Shown in pieces: positions 13,550-25,820 of a DNA stretch of 64,000 bases. Every line of letters starts with the position of its first letter. Positions within the stretch are counted from its first letter, which is position 1. The stretch spans positions 2,480,001-2,544,000 of the forward strand of contig CM060734.1 of assembly GCA_030704615.1 (NCBI GenBank), written 5' to 3'. Position numbers and translations under genes: made by a program. Source of the stretch: Takakia lepidozioides (taxonomy: Eukaryota; Plantae; Bryophyta). The notes beneath the pieces were generated by a model that did not search any database, had not been told where the DNA came from, and saw nothing but the letters and a program-made list of their open reading frames with translations.

Positions 13550-14610
13550 GAAGCGACCGCCAACTTGACGGTCGCTCGATTTTCCAGAAAATAAAAAAAT
13601 AAACGACCGCCAGAACGGGCAGTCGCTCCATTTTCCGGGAAAAAAAAACAAAAAAAAACGACCGTCAACATAGGCGGTTGCTTCATTAAAAAATTAAATT
13701 AAATAAATAAGCGACCGCCAGCATGGGCAGTCGTTTCATTCTCAAAACATTTAAAATAAATAAGCGACCGCCAATATAGGCGGTCGCTTCATTTTCAAAA
13801 ACTTTAAAACAAAAAAACCGACCGCCAACATAGGCGGTCGCTTCATTTTCGAAAACTTTAAAAAAAATAAGTGACCGCCAACATAGGCTTTCGCTTCATT
13901 TTTAAAAAAAAATTAAAAAATAAGAGACTGCCAGTATTGGCGGTCAGTTTATTTTCAAAACATTTAAAATAAATAAGCGACCGCCAACATAGGCGGTCAC
14001 TTCATTTTCAAAAACTTTAAAACAAAAAAAGCGACCGCAAACATAGGCGGTCGCTTCATTTAAAAAAACTTTAAAATAAATAAGCGACCGCCAGCATAGG
14101 CGGTCGCTTCATTTTCAAAACATTTAAAATAAATAAGCGACCGCCAACATAGGCGGTCGCTTCATTTTCAAAAACTTTAAAAAAAAAAACGACCGCCAAC
14201 ATAGGCGGTCGCTTCATTTAAAAAACATTTAAAATAAATAAGCGACCGCCAGCATAGGCGGTCGCTTCATTTTCAAAACATTTAAAATAAATAAGCGACC
14301 GCCAACATAGGCGGTCGCTTCATTTCCAAAATAATTAAAATAAAAGCGACCGCCAGTAATGGCGGTCGCTGCATCTTAAAAAATAACCATTACAATGACC
14401 GCCAGAAATGGCGGTCGCTGCATTTTGTAAAAACAAAAACTCCAGTAATGGAAGTGAGGGGAGAATGACTGGGGGCTTATATGCCCCCCCCCCCCCCGCC
14501 TCATTCCTCGCTCCACGCGCAGGGCAGACCTCGTAGAAGCGACCGCCACCATGGTGGTCGTTCCATTTAAAAACAAAAAAAAAACGACCGCCAGTAATGG
14601 CGGTGGCTGC
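13550..14610. repeat. hAT palindrome array 2 (~55-bp period) plus repeated TATA-containing unit
   Basis: AAGCGACCGCCAACATAGGCGGTCGCTT repeats; AAGTGAGGGGAGAAT...GCTTATAT unit at ~13467, 14452 and 14641, with a partial copy at ~29690. Confidence 0.9.
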
Positions 14611-14671
14611 ATTTATGAAAACAAAAAAGAACTTCAAGCGAAGTGAGGGGAGAATGTCTCGGAGCTTATAT

Positions 14672-17600
14672 GGAGAAATGCTCCACCATCACCAACACAT
14701 ATCTGTGGTGGCGCATAGTCAGTGGCAACGGTCCTGCGAAGTCAAGACTCCACCTGTAGCCCAATCCCATGATTGGTAAAGGATGCAACTGTGGTGTAGG
14801 GGCGTTGAATGAAGCACGCACCCTGTCACACACCCATGCATCTAGCCACGAATTGTTGCACCTCTGTATGCATACCACGCCACCAATATTGTCCCTGCAG
14901 TAAACTGTGAGTGCGTCGCACTCCAAAATGCCCCAACTCCTCATGGGCATGCCGCACTAACCGTGCACGCTGTGTTGGGTGAGGCACGATCCTCACCCGA
15001 CCATCCTCCCACACTCAAAGCAGGTGTATCCCCTCCCACTTGAACCTCTTGGCTCGTTGTAGGATCCGATCCCTCTCCTTGGCAGTCACACTAGCTGTCG
15101 TGTCTCCAGTGCGGAGGTAGTCCAACACAACCGAATCCTCATGTATATCTCTGGCACCACCTAGCTCATCACTAGCCTCAGGGTCCTCAGACACTCCGTC
15201 TACAGTCATCCCTGTTGTAGGTCCAACCTGACCTCCCGATGCCAAGATACACAAAAAGGCAGATGCATGCCATCCCGACACCATCTCCTTGTCCGTCTCA
15301 CCATGCCACCGAGCTCTAGTGTCATCCTGCTGGCTCGTGCATGGATTGCGACTCAATCCATCCGCATCCCTATTGACCAAACCCGGTCGATGCACAACCT
15401 AAACATGTCTCTCACGCTCCTCCACCGTAGCACGAGAGGCAAAGCAATTCCTGTAAGCCTCAGGAACCGCCGTATACGTCGTCTCTCTCCTCTAGTGACA
15501 ATAGGTCCAATGTCAGGCTCCCAATTGCCCTTCGTAACTGCAACCTTAAGTCCAACAGACTTAGAGGTAGAGGACGCGTCCCGTGGTTGCTATGCCGCAA
15601 CCTCTTGAGCAGTACTCCCTGCCTGCTCAGTCAATGACAAGGCCTCATCCTGCCCCATCATCTCATCCTTGAGGACCTCCTCAACCCGAGAAGAATCCCC
15701 AACCTCATCCATCACAACCGCCTTGGCTGCTAACTCCCTTTGAACCTCGAGCACCTCCCACGTGTGCCATGGATGTCTACACCCTGTGGTCCTCACCGGC
15801 TCGCCCCCACTCACTGCCTGTACCGCCTCGGTAGGCAGAGAGACCGTCAAGGGAAGTGCACTCCGCACTCTTTGTTGCTCAGCCATAACCAATCTGATAA
15901 TCCAGGTCAAGCAATTTAAATCCATTGCTTGCCCCAACACCTGACAACATGATGCCTCAGAAAGAGAAGGCACCGCCGTGGTCCCAGTGGAAAAACCCAT
16001 AGCCCGCTCTCACTCGTCGGCATTAGGCTCCACTAATTGCTGCAACTGAGCATCCCACAGGAGGCCAGGTCCATTATCCCGAAAAGCATGCGATCCTGGG
16101 AAGCTGAGCAGTGTAGGTAGTGCTGCTCGTGGTTGACCCACCTTGTTGATCACTGCTAAAGGCGAACGGTCATCGTGTCTCACACGCAGAGACTGCATCC
16201 CTGTGTCCAAAATGATATCCACTGTGAGGTGTGCTGGCCGCTGCACCCCATCAAATGCACGCTTAAGCAGTGCGGGTGGCATCAAGTTAGTCCACCATAA
16301 CCGTGGGCGATGAGCCCGTAACCCCACTGCAGCTGCATCCAGCAACATTGCTGACCTAAGCCACGACCGGACTTGATGCACATTGGCCATCACCCTGGCC
16401 CGAGAATCGCCCATCAGTGGCACATTCTCCAAGATGTATGCTGGAGATACAACTTAATGAAGCTGCAAGTGGCGCAAAACCCGCACCATCTCCCAAAACA
16501 GACCCGAGCTCGAGTCTCGCAATCCATTGCCATGCCTGGCTGATGAATGCCCTTGGCAGGGCCAACCTGCCACTACCAGATCAATGGAGCCAACCCGCTC
16601 CAAATCCTGCGCCCCCCGCAACAAAATGTCTGCTGGCAAGGCCTGCTGATATCCACGAACTGCAGACACCGGCAACAACTCAGGGTACCGCTGCACCAAC
16701 TGAGCAACATGGCGAAGTGAAACGCGTCGTGCAGTCTCATCCCTCTCCACATACAGGTAACGCCAAACTCGTACACCTGCCTGTAACACAACAGCCAATC
16801 CGGTGCTGATCCCGCCAAACAAGTCCAGAAGACAAATGCCTTCATCCGGATACTGCCACACAATAGGTGTGGTGTCCAATGGAGACAACTGAGGTGGTCC
16901 TGGTGCAATCCCCACAATCTCCTCCTCTCTTGACAGTACAAAAGCCTCCACCCAGACTTGTTGCACCCGTCGATCAGCATCCCGCTACAAATCCTTGCTC
17001 GTGCCCCACAATGGAGTTTGAGCAACCATGGTAGGCAACTCCGCCATACCATATATGTCATCCTGCTCTCATGGAGGTGGCACATCCTCTGAATGAGCGT
17101 TGCCCTCAAGTAACTCTCCAGGCCAACTCACTGCAGCTATGAATGCTGCTAGTGTCGGCATCTTGCCCCGCTGGGCGACCGCAACTCCTCCTATAAATGT
17201 CACAGGGAGCTGCACACGCCGGCCCTCCCTTGACTGCCATGCAAGCCTATAGGAAGCTGACCCCTCCCAAAAATCCAGGGTGAAGCCCATGGGGTACAAC
17301 ACTGCCCCACCAACCAGGACATCGTATGAGACCGCGTCTGTCACAATGGCCTTGGCTCGCATCACTGAGCCATCTATAGGGTGATCCGGCCTTAGTCTGA
17401 TAGCCAACTCACGCCATGTCATGCCCCGAGCCTGCTTCGATCCTCCCAGAGACGTCTATATCCGGAAAGGACAAGGCTCCATATCCGCCTCCGTGAGGCC
17501 CAAGCCTGTAATAGCAGCTCTGCCCAGCATCAATGGCTGAGCTCCCGAGTCCACCAAGACCCGCAGTGGCCGGTACCTCTTGCCTGCCGGTCCACTCAAA

Positions 17601-19234
17601 TAGAAAATGCCATCCTGGTTGTCTAACATGACAACTCCATGTGTAACCATGGCGCGCTCAATGGCTGGCCTAGCTGACAACTCCATCAACCTGGCAGCTG
17701 CACTTGCCATGGCACCGCCGTGGCAGTCTTGACCCTCAAATCCGAGGATCCCTCCGGCACTACACCTCCCACTATCTCCATAGAAGATGAAGTAACCTCC
17801 CCACTCTCACAGAGTGTAGCTGCCAGCCTGAACACCTCAGCTGGTCTTACCCCCGGCGTTGCAATCATGGTAGCCGAGAAAAATGGAGCCTGGCACATTG
17901 ATGTGGCCGCTCCTAGCAGCACACTAGGTGCCGTAGCCTTGGCAACACTAGGTAGTGGTGCTACCTGTGTAGCTCTCCCCAATGGCATAGTAACCTCCGC
18001 CTCGGTAACAGTCGGGCGAGAACTAGGTGCCATGGATGGCATCGACGTTGTCTCCGCCAATGTAAATGACTGAGGGAGCCTAGCCTGATGGCTTGCCTTC
18101 CCACGCTGTGGATCCAACTCCACTTCTGCACCTCGTGGCTCAGGAACTCGTGCTGCTCCTCAAGTCACGGCTGCAGCAGACTCCACCTGCACTAGTGGTA
18201 GTGTTGCTCCGCACATGAATCCCATGCCTCCCATATCTCCTCCCTCAGGAGCAGAAGGTGGACCATCCGGCCTTGGAGCCGGTACCACATGAGCTGTAGC
18301 CATGGCAGCGAGCCTCTGCTCTAGCTACTGAAGCCGGTTGGCCATGCTTTGGTCAACACCCTGACCTCCGCGTCCTTGGCCATGTTGAGCTTGCCCTTGG
18401 CCTACACCCCGTGCCTGGCCACCTTGTCCTCTTTGGGCTGCTCCACCTCGCCCCCGGCCACCATTGTTCCTTTGGAACTGGCCTGGGCGCAACTCATGAT
18501 GCAAACCATAGCACTGGGCTTCTCCATGCCTGTACTTGCCACAATGCCCACACTGCAACTATGCAAGCTGTGCATGTGCCGGCCCTTTGCCTCCCTCTGG
18601 GCAATCCTTATTGACGTGGGGTCCTCCACATGTCCAACACACCACATCCGCCCGTTGTTGGTCTGCAAATGAAGGGAGAGACCCCTGCATCTGAGGTCCT
18701 CTCTGCCCTTCCCTGAGCTTCACCTTAGCCCCTTTGTTGCCTTGAGCACGTTGAGGTAGTGGTTGGCTAGGAGCACCACTACCCCGTGGTGTCTCCTTAG
18801 CAAATCCCACCATGACCACTCGTTCCTCCACCATGTTGAGTTCTATCCGCTCTGCCAGCAAAAACACATTTGCTAAGGTGGGTTGGGCCGCTTGTAGGAG
18901 AGTTGCATCCCACACCCTTCTCCTCAACTCCTTGTCCAATATCCCATACCAGAATTGGACTGTCTGAGCTTCCGTAACCCCTTGGGTTACATTTATCAAG
19001 CGCCTCATGTGAGTGAAAGCCTCCCTCAAGCTCTCAGTAGGCTTCCGTTGGAACTCTTGCAAGCTCCGTAACTTCTCTGTCTTCACTCCTTGGTAGTTCC
19101 CTCTCAACTCTTCGAAGAACTCCACAACAGGGTTGAAGGCAGGCACGGGTACTGGTGCTGGTGCGGTAGTGGCTTGGGTGGACGTCGTAGCTACGGTACC
19201 ACCAGTCCTACTAGTCCCACTGCTGCTTGCTGAA
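14672..19234 (-). mobile_element. Ty3/Gypsy internal region: gag 3' half, zinc knuckles, protease, C5-DNMT, (RT/RH deleted), integrase N-terminus
   Basis: Gag with CWTCGGPHVNKDC; protease VLVDSGA; integrase HEELGHFG...C..C and WSLDFAGPL. Comparison with the copy at 38304-41044 shows RT and RNase H removed at ~15400-15440. Confidence 0.9.
15890..16860 (-). pseudogene. DNMT3-like C5 cytosine methyltransferase domain within Gypsy pol
   Basis: Motif I LLDLFGGISTG, II YVERD, IV DLVVAGWPCQ, V LFWE, VI ILENV, VIII HRPRLWWTNL, IX ERAMGF and X VLGQAMD, all in canonical order; one frameshift and one stop. Confidence 0.92.
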
Positions 19235-22200
19235 GAGGTTTACTATTTCATGAGCAGAAACCATGAGCCATGAGCCATGAGCCATGAGCCGCATGAGCCG
19301 CATGAGCGGTGAGCCGAAGTCTAAGATACGCGGATTTCATGAGCGGACTCCTCCAAATTTGGAAATGCGGCAGATTAAACAAGTATTAAAATAATAGTTT
19401 TTTTATTTGACCTTGCCGTTTTTGGACGTTCCAGATCATGTAATGCGGCGAAGATATGTCGTCAGTAACAAGTTCGCTCATGGTTTTTTAGATCCGCTCA
19501 TGGAAATAAGTGACTGTGCAACGGGAAATCCAGTATACCACTGCAAAAGGATGTCGCATACTGGCCTGTATAGAGTATTCCGCGGTTTTACATGCCTTAA
19601 CATTGGAATGAAGCTGACCCTTTTGCCGCGATTGAACCAATGGAGTCTGCACCAATACAGTCTGCAGTACTTCACAATTTTGTCTTCTTCGGGTATTCGG
19701 CGGGAAAGGTTTGCAACTGAACTGGGAAATAAGGTGTCGTATTAGGGTTCGCACGTGCGAAATTTCGGAGCGGTTTGGTGTTGGTGAAGGCCGCCTCTGC
19801 CAGTACCTACGACGATACTTGGAAATGCGGCGCCGCATTTCCTTGTCGAAGGTCGAATGAGGAAAGCAAGTTTTCGGAAAGCAGAAAAACATGAACCCTC
19901 CAACATACAAAAATACATGCACGTGGAAGCAAGTGAACGATATAGTAATATCTTAGTTCGAGCAAAACAGGTTACTGGTAGGCAAGACATATGTCGGACC
20001 TTTCTGTGGCCAGATTCTGAGGTACTGGCAGCAGTACAGTTCTACTATCCGAAAAGGATGGGCGTACCATTGTATTGGGACCGCAAGCCAAGCTCACTGG
20101 TCCCCTGGATCCATATTCAGAAGAGTGTGAACCTCCTGGGGGCTCAACCCTGGTGCATGTATAAAGTGATGAGTTGTGGAATTACGACGGAGTCTCTTTA
20201 GGTACACGTAGTACAAATGCTTGCAAGGGCAGTATGATGCCCCCTTGTTCGCCATGATCTGGAAGTCGGTACAATTGCAGGTGGGTAATTCTGAAATGGT
20301 GATGGTGTACACCTCATTGCGAACAGCTGAGCCCGCCGTGGCCATCTGATACACACGCCCGAATCCTGGTGGGGGCACTTCTGTCGAGCTCTGGATTGTA
20401 CAGTTCATCCGAAGTGCATTCCCCATCCTTGTCTCGTTCACTTTTGAGGGAGGTCGCCGCCTCTTCGGTTTCCCCCAACGGTGTGTAGGATGCTTAGAGC
20501 TGTCGTGTCCCATTGTTCTTGCTCTCACAGGGGTCGGTGGTGGAGGCTGTGGAAGCGGAAATGGTTCTCTGGGGACGTCAGTGCGCTGCACCATCCGAAA
20601 TCCTGCGGCGGTAAGGGCGTCGGCCTCAACCTGACTCAGATCGCAGCCTGGTTCCACCGGCCACACCGGGGGAGCCTCTGGCATTGTTTGTATGCCGTAC
20701 TTGGGCTTTCCATACACGCAAGTCATACTGTCGTGCCTGCAGAACCAGAACTGGGTGGTTGTCGCCTCCGCAAACTTTGCATGGACAAATCTTCCTGTAA
20801 AAGTAGGAGCAGGGACAGCCCCATCTGGATTCCTCCTTATCATCTCTAAACAACGTTGCCGTGTATCCACACGAATTGCGGAACACCTTCCTCGAAACGA
20901 CGGCTTTAAGCGAGCAATTCTCCACTGTGATGCAGACACAGTCGTCTCCACAATGGCTTGGCCATACTGCATAACAACGGGCGGAATGTGGGGCAAGGGA
21001 GCGGTGGGAATTTTTTGCACGAAATCCCCGGTTGAAGGCGACGGCGATCTGGAATTTCTTGGGCTTCCACTGCTGGAAGACACATTGTGCGGCAACATGA
21101 CGGGACCTCGAGGTGCTGTCCGAATGTTCCTGTCGGATCTCCAGGAATCCTCTTCGCACCCGGTCCTCTTCAATCCTCCGCCTGACAGGGCGAGTCCGGA
21201 CGTCCCCCTCTAGGTGTTCACCTCTGTGGTGCAGAGGCGTCCCTTTGATCTTCTCTCGCAATGCTGTCGCCCATTTCAGTGGATTCTTGGACCTCGAAGC
21301 TGTTCGTACCAACAATTCCTCCCTATCCGGCCCAAAGCCCCATTGTTTGCCGCTCAGGAACTTGTAGTACGTGGCTTGCTGCATGATTGCTCTGTCGATG
21401 TCCTCCGTTGTGGCCGTCACTACGTCCACCAGATGTGCGGCAGAAGACGCTCGCCAGGAGGAGTGGACCGATTCTGCCATATTCGTGTTCGGCATGTCCG
21501 TGTCGGAATCCAAGCACCGCTCCTAGAAGGACACAAACAATGGTGAGGGACCAATCGAAATGTCCGTAACATAAAGACAAATGAACGAAATTGACAGCAG
21601 CCTACCTCCCGCATGTACTGTCCGAATTGTCGATACCGAAAATGCCACCACCCCAACCAGCTGTGCAATGCTCCCAGATTGGTTGTCTCCACTGCACCTG
21701 ACGTGTTCCACCAAGCCTCGATGATAGCAAACTTAACCTCCGCGTCATCAAATGTGGGTGCATCCTTCCACGCCGTACAAAGGACACGGTGTTCAGCCTG
21801 GAATGAGCTAGCAACAAATTTGGTAGTGTAGTGGGATAGACTCTGCATCCAATGGAATCCACAGGATCTCTCTTTCCCCTCCATTGGAACATTGGGGTCC
21901 TCACCGTACACACGCCGCACCGCTGCCCAGTTGGCCTGAGCGTTGTCTGCCATGAATCCCCTGAAATTGGAATCTGGCAATCCCGCCCTTGCCATCTGCT
22001 GGTTTATGCCCTCCCACAGATGCATTTCGGACTGTGTGTCCTCCCTTTTCATCTCGCAGATTGCAATCGTCATGAGCCTCTTGGAGTGATAGTCATAAAC
22101 ATGCGCACCCATAGTCACCCACTGATGGTTTGTAATTCGCTTGATGTGATCAAACATCACCCAAGCATTCGACAAGTTTCCAGTTGTCATGCGAGTGACC

Positions 22201-22745
22201 GAGTCGACTCCACTCCCAGGCCCACACGTCGACATTTTGAAAATGTAACAACGATCGGATTTGCTGCCTTGCCCTGGAAACCTGCTACCTTGGATGTAGT
22301 CATATCCAGTCATTCGTTTCACCTCCAGGATTGAGTACATGTCCGACCCCCTGCCGAACTCCTGCTTGCAAGATACGATGTGATTCCGCACATTCGGACT
22401 ACAAACGTGCGAGACGGACTCCAAGAGGTCACGCATCTCGTCTTCGGTCAAGGGCTCTCGGTCGGAACCATCTTCAGACATGATTTTGCCAAGAGCAATC
22501 TTGTGGGCTGCCTTCAGCTGAATCTGCTTTGGTCTGGCTCCGGGGCTCAATTTCACCTCCTCTTTTATGATGTCGTGGGCGTCCTGCACAGCCTCACGCA
22601 TGTTGCCTCTCGCCAAGGGGTGGCAGTGGACCCCAACGTGTATGCAAGCTCTAGTCCAGTCTGGGAGCAAATGGATTACGTAATATTGCTTGGCTCTGCA
22701 CATGGACATGCACGTCGGTGGTTCTTTGCAATGTGCACACTTGAA
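19235..22745 (-). mobile_element. MULE terminal half B (TIR plus 3' part of transposase)
   Basis: Terminus GAGGTTTACTATTTCATGAGC followed by CATGAGC repeats; flanked by CTTGCTGAA (19226-19234), the reverse complement of TSD TTCAGCAAG; contains the GGAAATGCGGCGCCGCATTTCC palindrome at ~19821. Confidence 0.85.
20094..22745 (-). pseudogene. Mutator-like DDE transposase with SWIM finger (3' part, probably one intron)
   Basis: MFDH (D), FMADNA (D), CGFHW, TNMAES (E); SWIM CNCTDF...CPCKH; HVGVHCHP at the end of a WRKY/GCM-like domain. Confidence 0.85.
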
Positions 22746-23149
22746 AGAAGGTACCCTTTGGAACCCATAAAAATGGCTAAGTCCCAGACCCCACAGAACT
22801 CATAAAAGTGCCTAAGTCCCTGGCAGTCCTCTAACACTCGGTTGGAATGCCACTATTGTGGATTATAGTCTGCACTGACTATAACATAGCGTCCCATCTG
22901 TGCAGCTCACTTCAGTAGAACACTCCCTCTATAGTTAGCACCGACTATACCGTAAGACATGGCACTATTGTGGGTAGCTTATAGTCGGCACCGACTTTAA
23001 GATTGGGTTATGTGTCATGAAGCATTCGATGGCTATATTCGGTGCCGATAACTTCAGGCTCGATATCGTTTCGATGGACCTCACCTTAAGACCTTGCCTT
23101 TTTCGTGTTGTCCACGCAAATGTAGTTTTCATGATGGAGATTTTACCTG

Positions 23150-24367
23150 TAGGGATTGGATCTAGAAGAGGACGCAGCAATGCCAAATGTGAACATGTCT
23201 GAGTCCGTGCATGCGAGCTGGCAGGTCGGGAGTGGTGTCTTAAAAGTGGACCTCTACACAGCCAACAAAGATGACATGACAAGGGCTATTTTGCAATCAT
23301 CGGCCTTCCATAATTATCTAAAGGGTGGTGCAAAGGGTTCTGGTCCCGATCGCCAACAATTATTAGAACGGGCAGCAGCACGGTCTTCTGATCCTCTGAA
23401 GATGGCAGAGGCGGTAAGAATTTTTGTGGAGGGAACTCCTCTCCATACCACACCCAGGCGCCATGAAGGTGCCGAAGGACTAAGAGTGCCCACAACTACT
23501 GTTCAGATGTCTCTAGAGATGTTGGAGGATGACCTTCCACTACAGAATAGAAAGCTGGTTTTGGAGACCGCCGTGTCCACAACATGTTGGCACATCGCCC
23601 GGACGTCCGACACTTCAAGAGTAAAGTGTTGGGTAGTACGGTTTAACAGTGCATAGCCATGCAAAGAAGAAATCCGGCCACTCCACAGTTTGGGTGTTCC
23701 TGCTCCAAGATATGTGGGTTGCCACTATCCTCCGGCTTTGGTAAAACCAAAGATGATGGAAATGTGGCACTGCCCAACTGATATCATGTACTGCGTCGGT
23801 GGTGAAGCAGGGCGATGTGTGCTCGATAGACCAGATGTTCCCGACGTTTGGCCTGTGATGGTTGGGACAAATTTAAATCACGAGGAGGTTGACGCCTTAA
23901 CCGTGGTTTGACTTGTTCCTACAGACGACAAGAGCACTGCCGAAGGAGAAGGGGACACTGTTGCGGATGATAGCAATCACTTGGATCCAGACACATATGC
24001 AACCAAGAGATGGGGTAAAATATATCGACGAAAGCCATTGAGTGCACAAGCCCGTAAAAAGATGGAGTTCGGACAATCTTTGAAGGCAATTGTATAATCG
24101 TTCAAAGATGTTCCCCGCCCTGGAATTGGTCGTGTGTACACACTCTGCACACCGGGATTGGCCAAAGCAGGGGAGGTCTATAATGTGTGCAACTTTGGAA
24201 AAATGAAGAGGGCTAAATCCGCATACACCCATTGCAAGCACATATACTATAATTTGTTGTGCCGATTGAAAATGCGGGAAGACTCGGAGGACATCAACCA
24301 TCCTAATTTCTCCGTAAATGAGGTGAAGGCAATGTTAGTTCACGACCCTTGTCCTTGGTTACCATAG
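23150..24367 (+). pseudogene. Diverged second MULE transposase C-terminal fragment
   Basis: MPNVNMSESVHASW and HCKHIYY align with MPNTNMAESVHSSW and PCKHLYY of 20094-21513; possible terminus near 25450. Confidence 0.8.
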
Positions 24368-25744
24368 TGACGACTGTCTATCGTGGCCGACCATGGTGTC
24401 ATCACATCTAGTACTTAGTGAGGCCCCAATTATCACTGAGGAGACACTAGGCTTTTCTATGCCACCTTCAACTGTTTGGTATCATCCAATGATGTACCCG
24501 GATTTCAATATTGCGGATTACAATTTCTCTTCTACGATGCTTCAACAGCTTCCATGATCTTGACATGTTGGTGCAATGGCCAAGGCAATCCAAACTCGTT
24601 CTTTGAGTGCTTTCTGATCTCCTCCAAAACCAACAGCCATGGGTAGACAATGTGCTTTATGGAGTTTTAAATAGAGACTCCACTCAGTTGCCTCATTTAA
24701 CTTAAGTGCATGAAGTCGGCATCGACTATACTTTGAGCCTGCAACGCAGTACCTTCGCTCATCTACGTTTCTCATATGCTTCTTCAATTCGTTCACCCAA
24801 CCCGTGTCACCTACTCGAGGCCGTCTATAACAGTAACCAAGTTTTATTTGCCAAATTGTATTTGAATTAATTCGACGACGATTACCCTCCTAATTTCGTA
24901 TGCTTTCTGTAGTCGTTGGCGACTACAACACCCGCAAGCTTCGCACTAGGCATTTTACCCCACATTGGTCTGCTATGTTGTAGTCGGTGCTGACTATAAT
25001 GACGAAACTTGGGGCACGGCTATAGGCGTTGAAACCCCAATTTCCGTGCGCTTTTACAAAATCCCAAATTGTCCCTGTTGTGTATGGGGAAGTCGGTGCG
25101 GGGATGTCGGGACCTGCATTTTCGGTTCTATAATTCTGGTTCGGTGTAGGTTCAGGCAAGGTTCGGAATACTCTGCTCATGCTCACCGCTCATGCATTTT
25201 CAATCCCCCGGTCGCCTGACCACCATAAGCCATTTAGACTCCCAATCAGCTTCATAAAATGTCTTTCATTCTTTCTTAGCAACGATCAGTCCGTCCCTCT
25301 ATATTTCGTCGAAGACCCACTGCCGAATGTGAGCTTAACAGATCAGGGCTTATCTCATTGTAAACAAACAACCTGCACACGCTTTAGTTGTATATCAATC
25401 TGCTACAGTGTGGTGCAGGTCTGGTGCCGCTGGTGTGGATAGCAAAATGGCCAGCCTTCGTAAGTTCGTCTGTGAAAATTAAAACTGTATATGGTCAATC
25501 CAATATATGCACGGGGTCTGATGCCACACGTTGCAGTATATTGGCAATCAAAGCCCTCTGTGGTCCTTACTTGTCCTTGACACCTCTAGAACGTAGAGGA
25601 AAGTTGATAACATTTGAGCCTCGCAGCATTTCTAGTTACCTTGCGCACTTGTGACAAACCTATCAATGTAGATTTTGCAATGTGCTCGCTGTAGTTAACC
25701 TCCTGAGATCAAGACAGCATTTTGCAAAGATGCAAAGTTCTCAC

Positions 25745-25820
25745 CAGATTCTTCAGATGCTGGGCTTCCTCGACATGCACCATCACTTTGTCAAGCGTCC
25801 GCGGCCGGTACTTGTCTACG
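25745..25820 (-). pseudogene. Captured first-exon fragment of a replication factor C small subunit (RFC3/RFC5 type)
   Basis: VDKYRPRTLDKVMVHVEEAQHLKNL followed by a GTGAG splice donor; lacks the start codon and the downstream exons. Confidence 0.75.

Noticed and set aside
13550-14420. CRISPR array or REP elements
   Set aside because: Spacers are near-identical A/T tracts; the same motif marks both hAT subterminal regions.
15890-16860. Host DNMT3/DRM gene or bacterial contamination
   Set aside because: It is intronless, collinear with protease and RT in two copies, and embedded in plant TE sequence.
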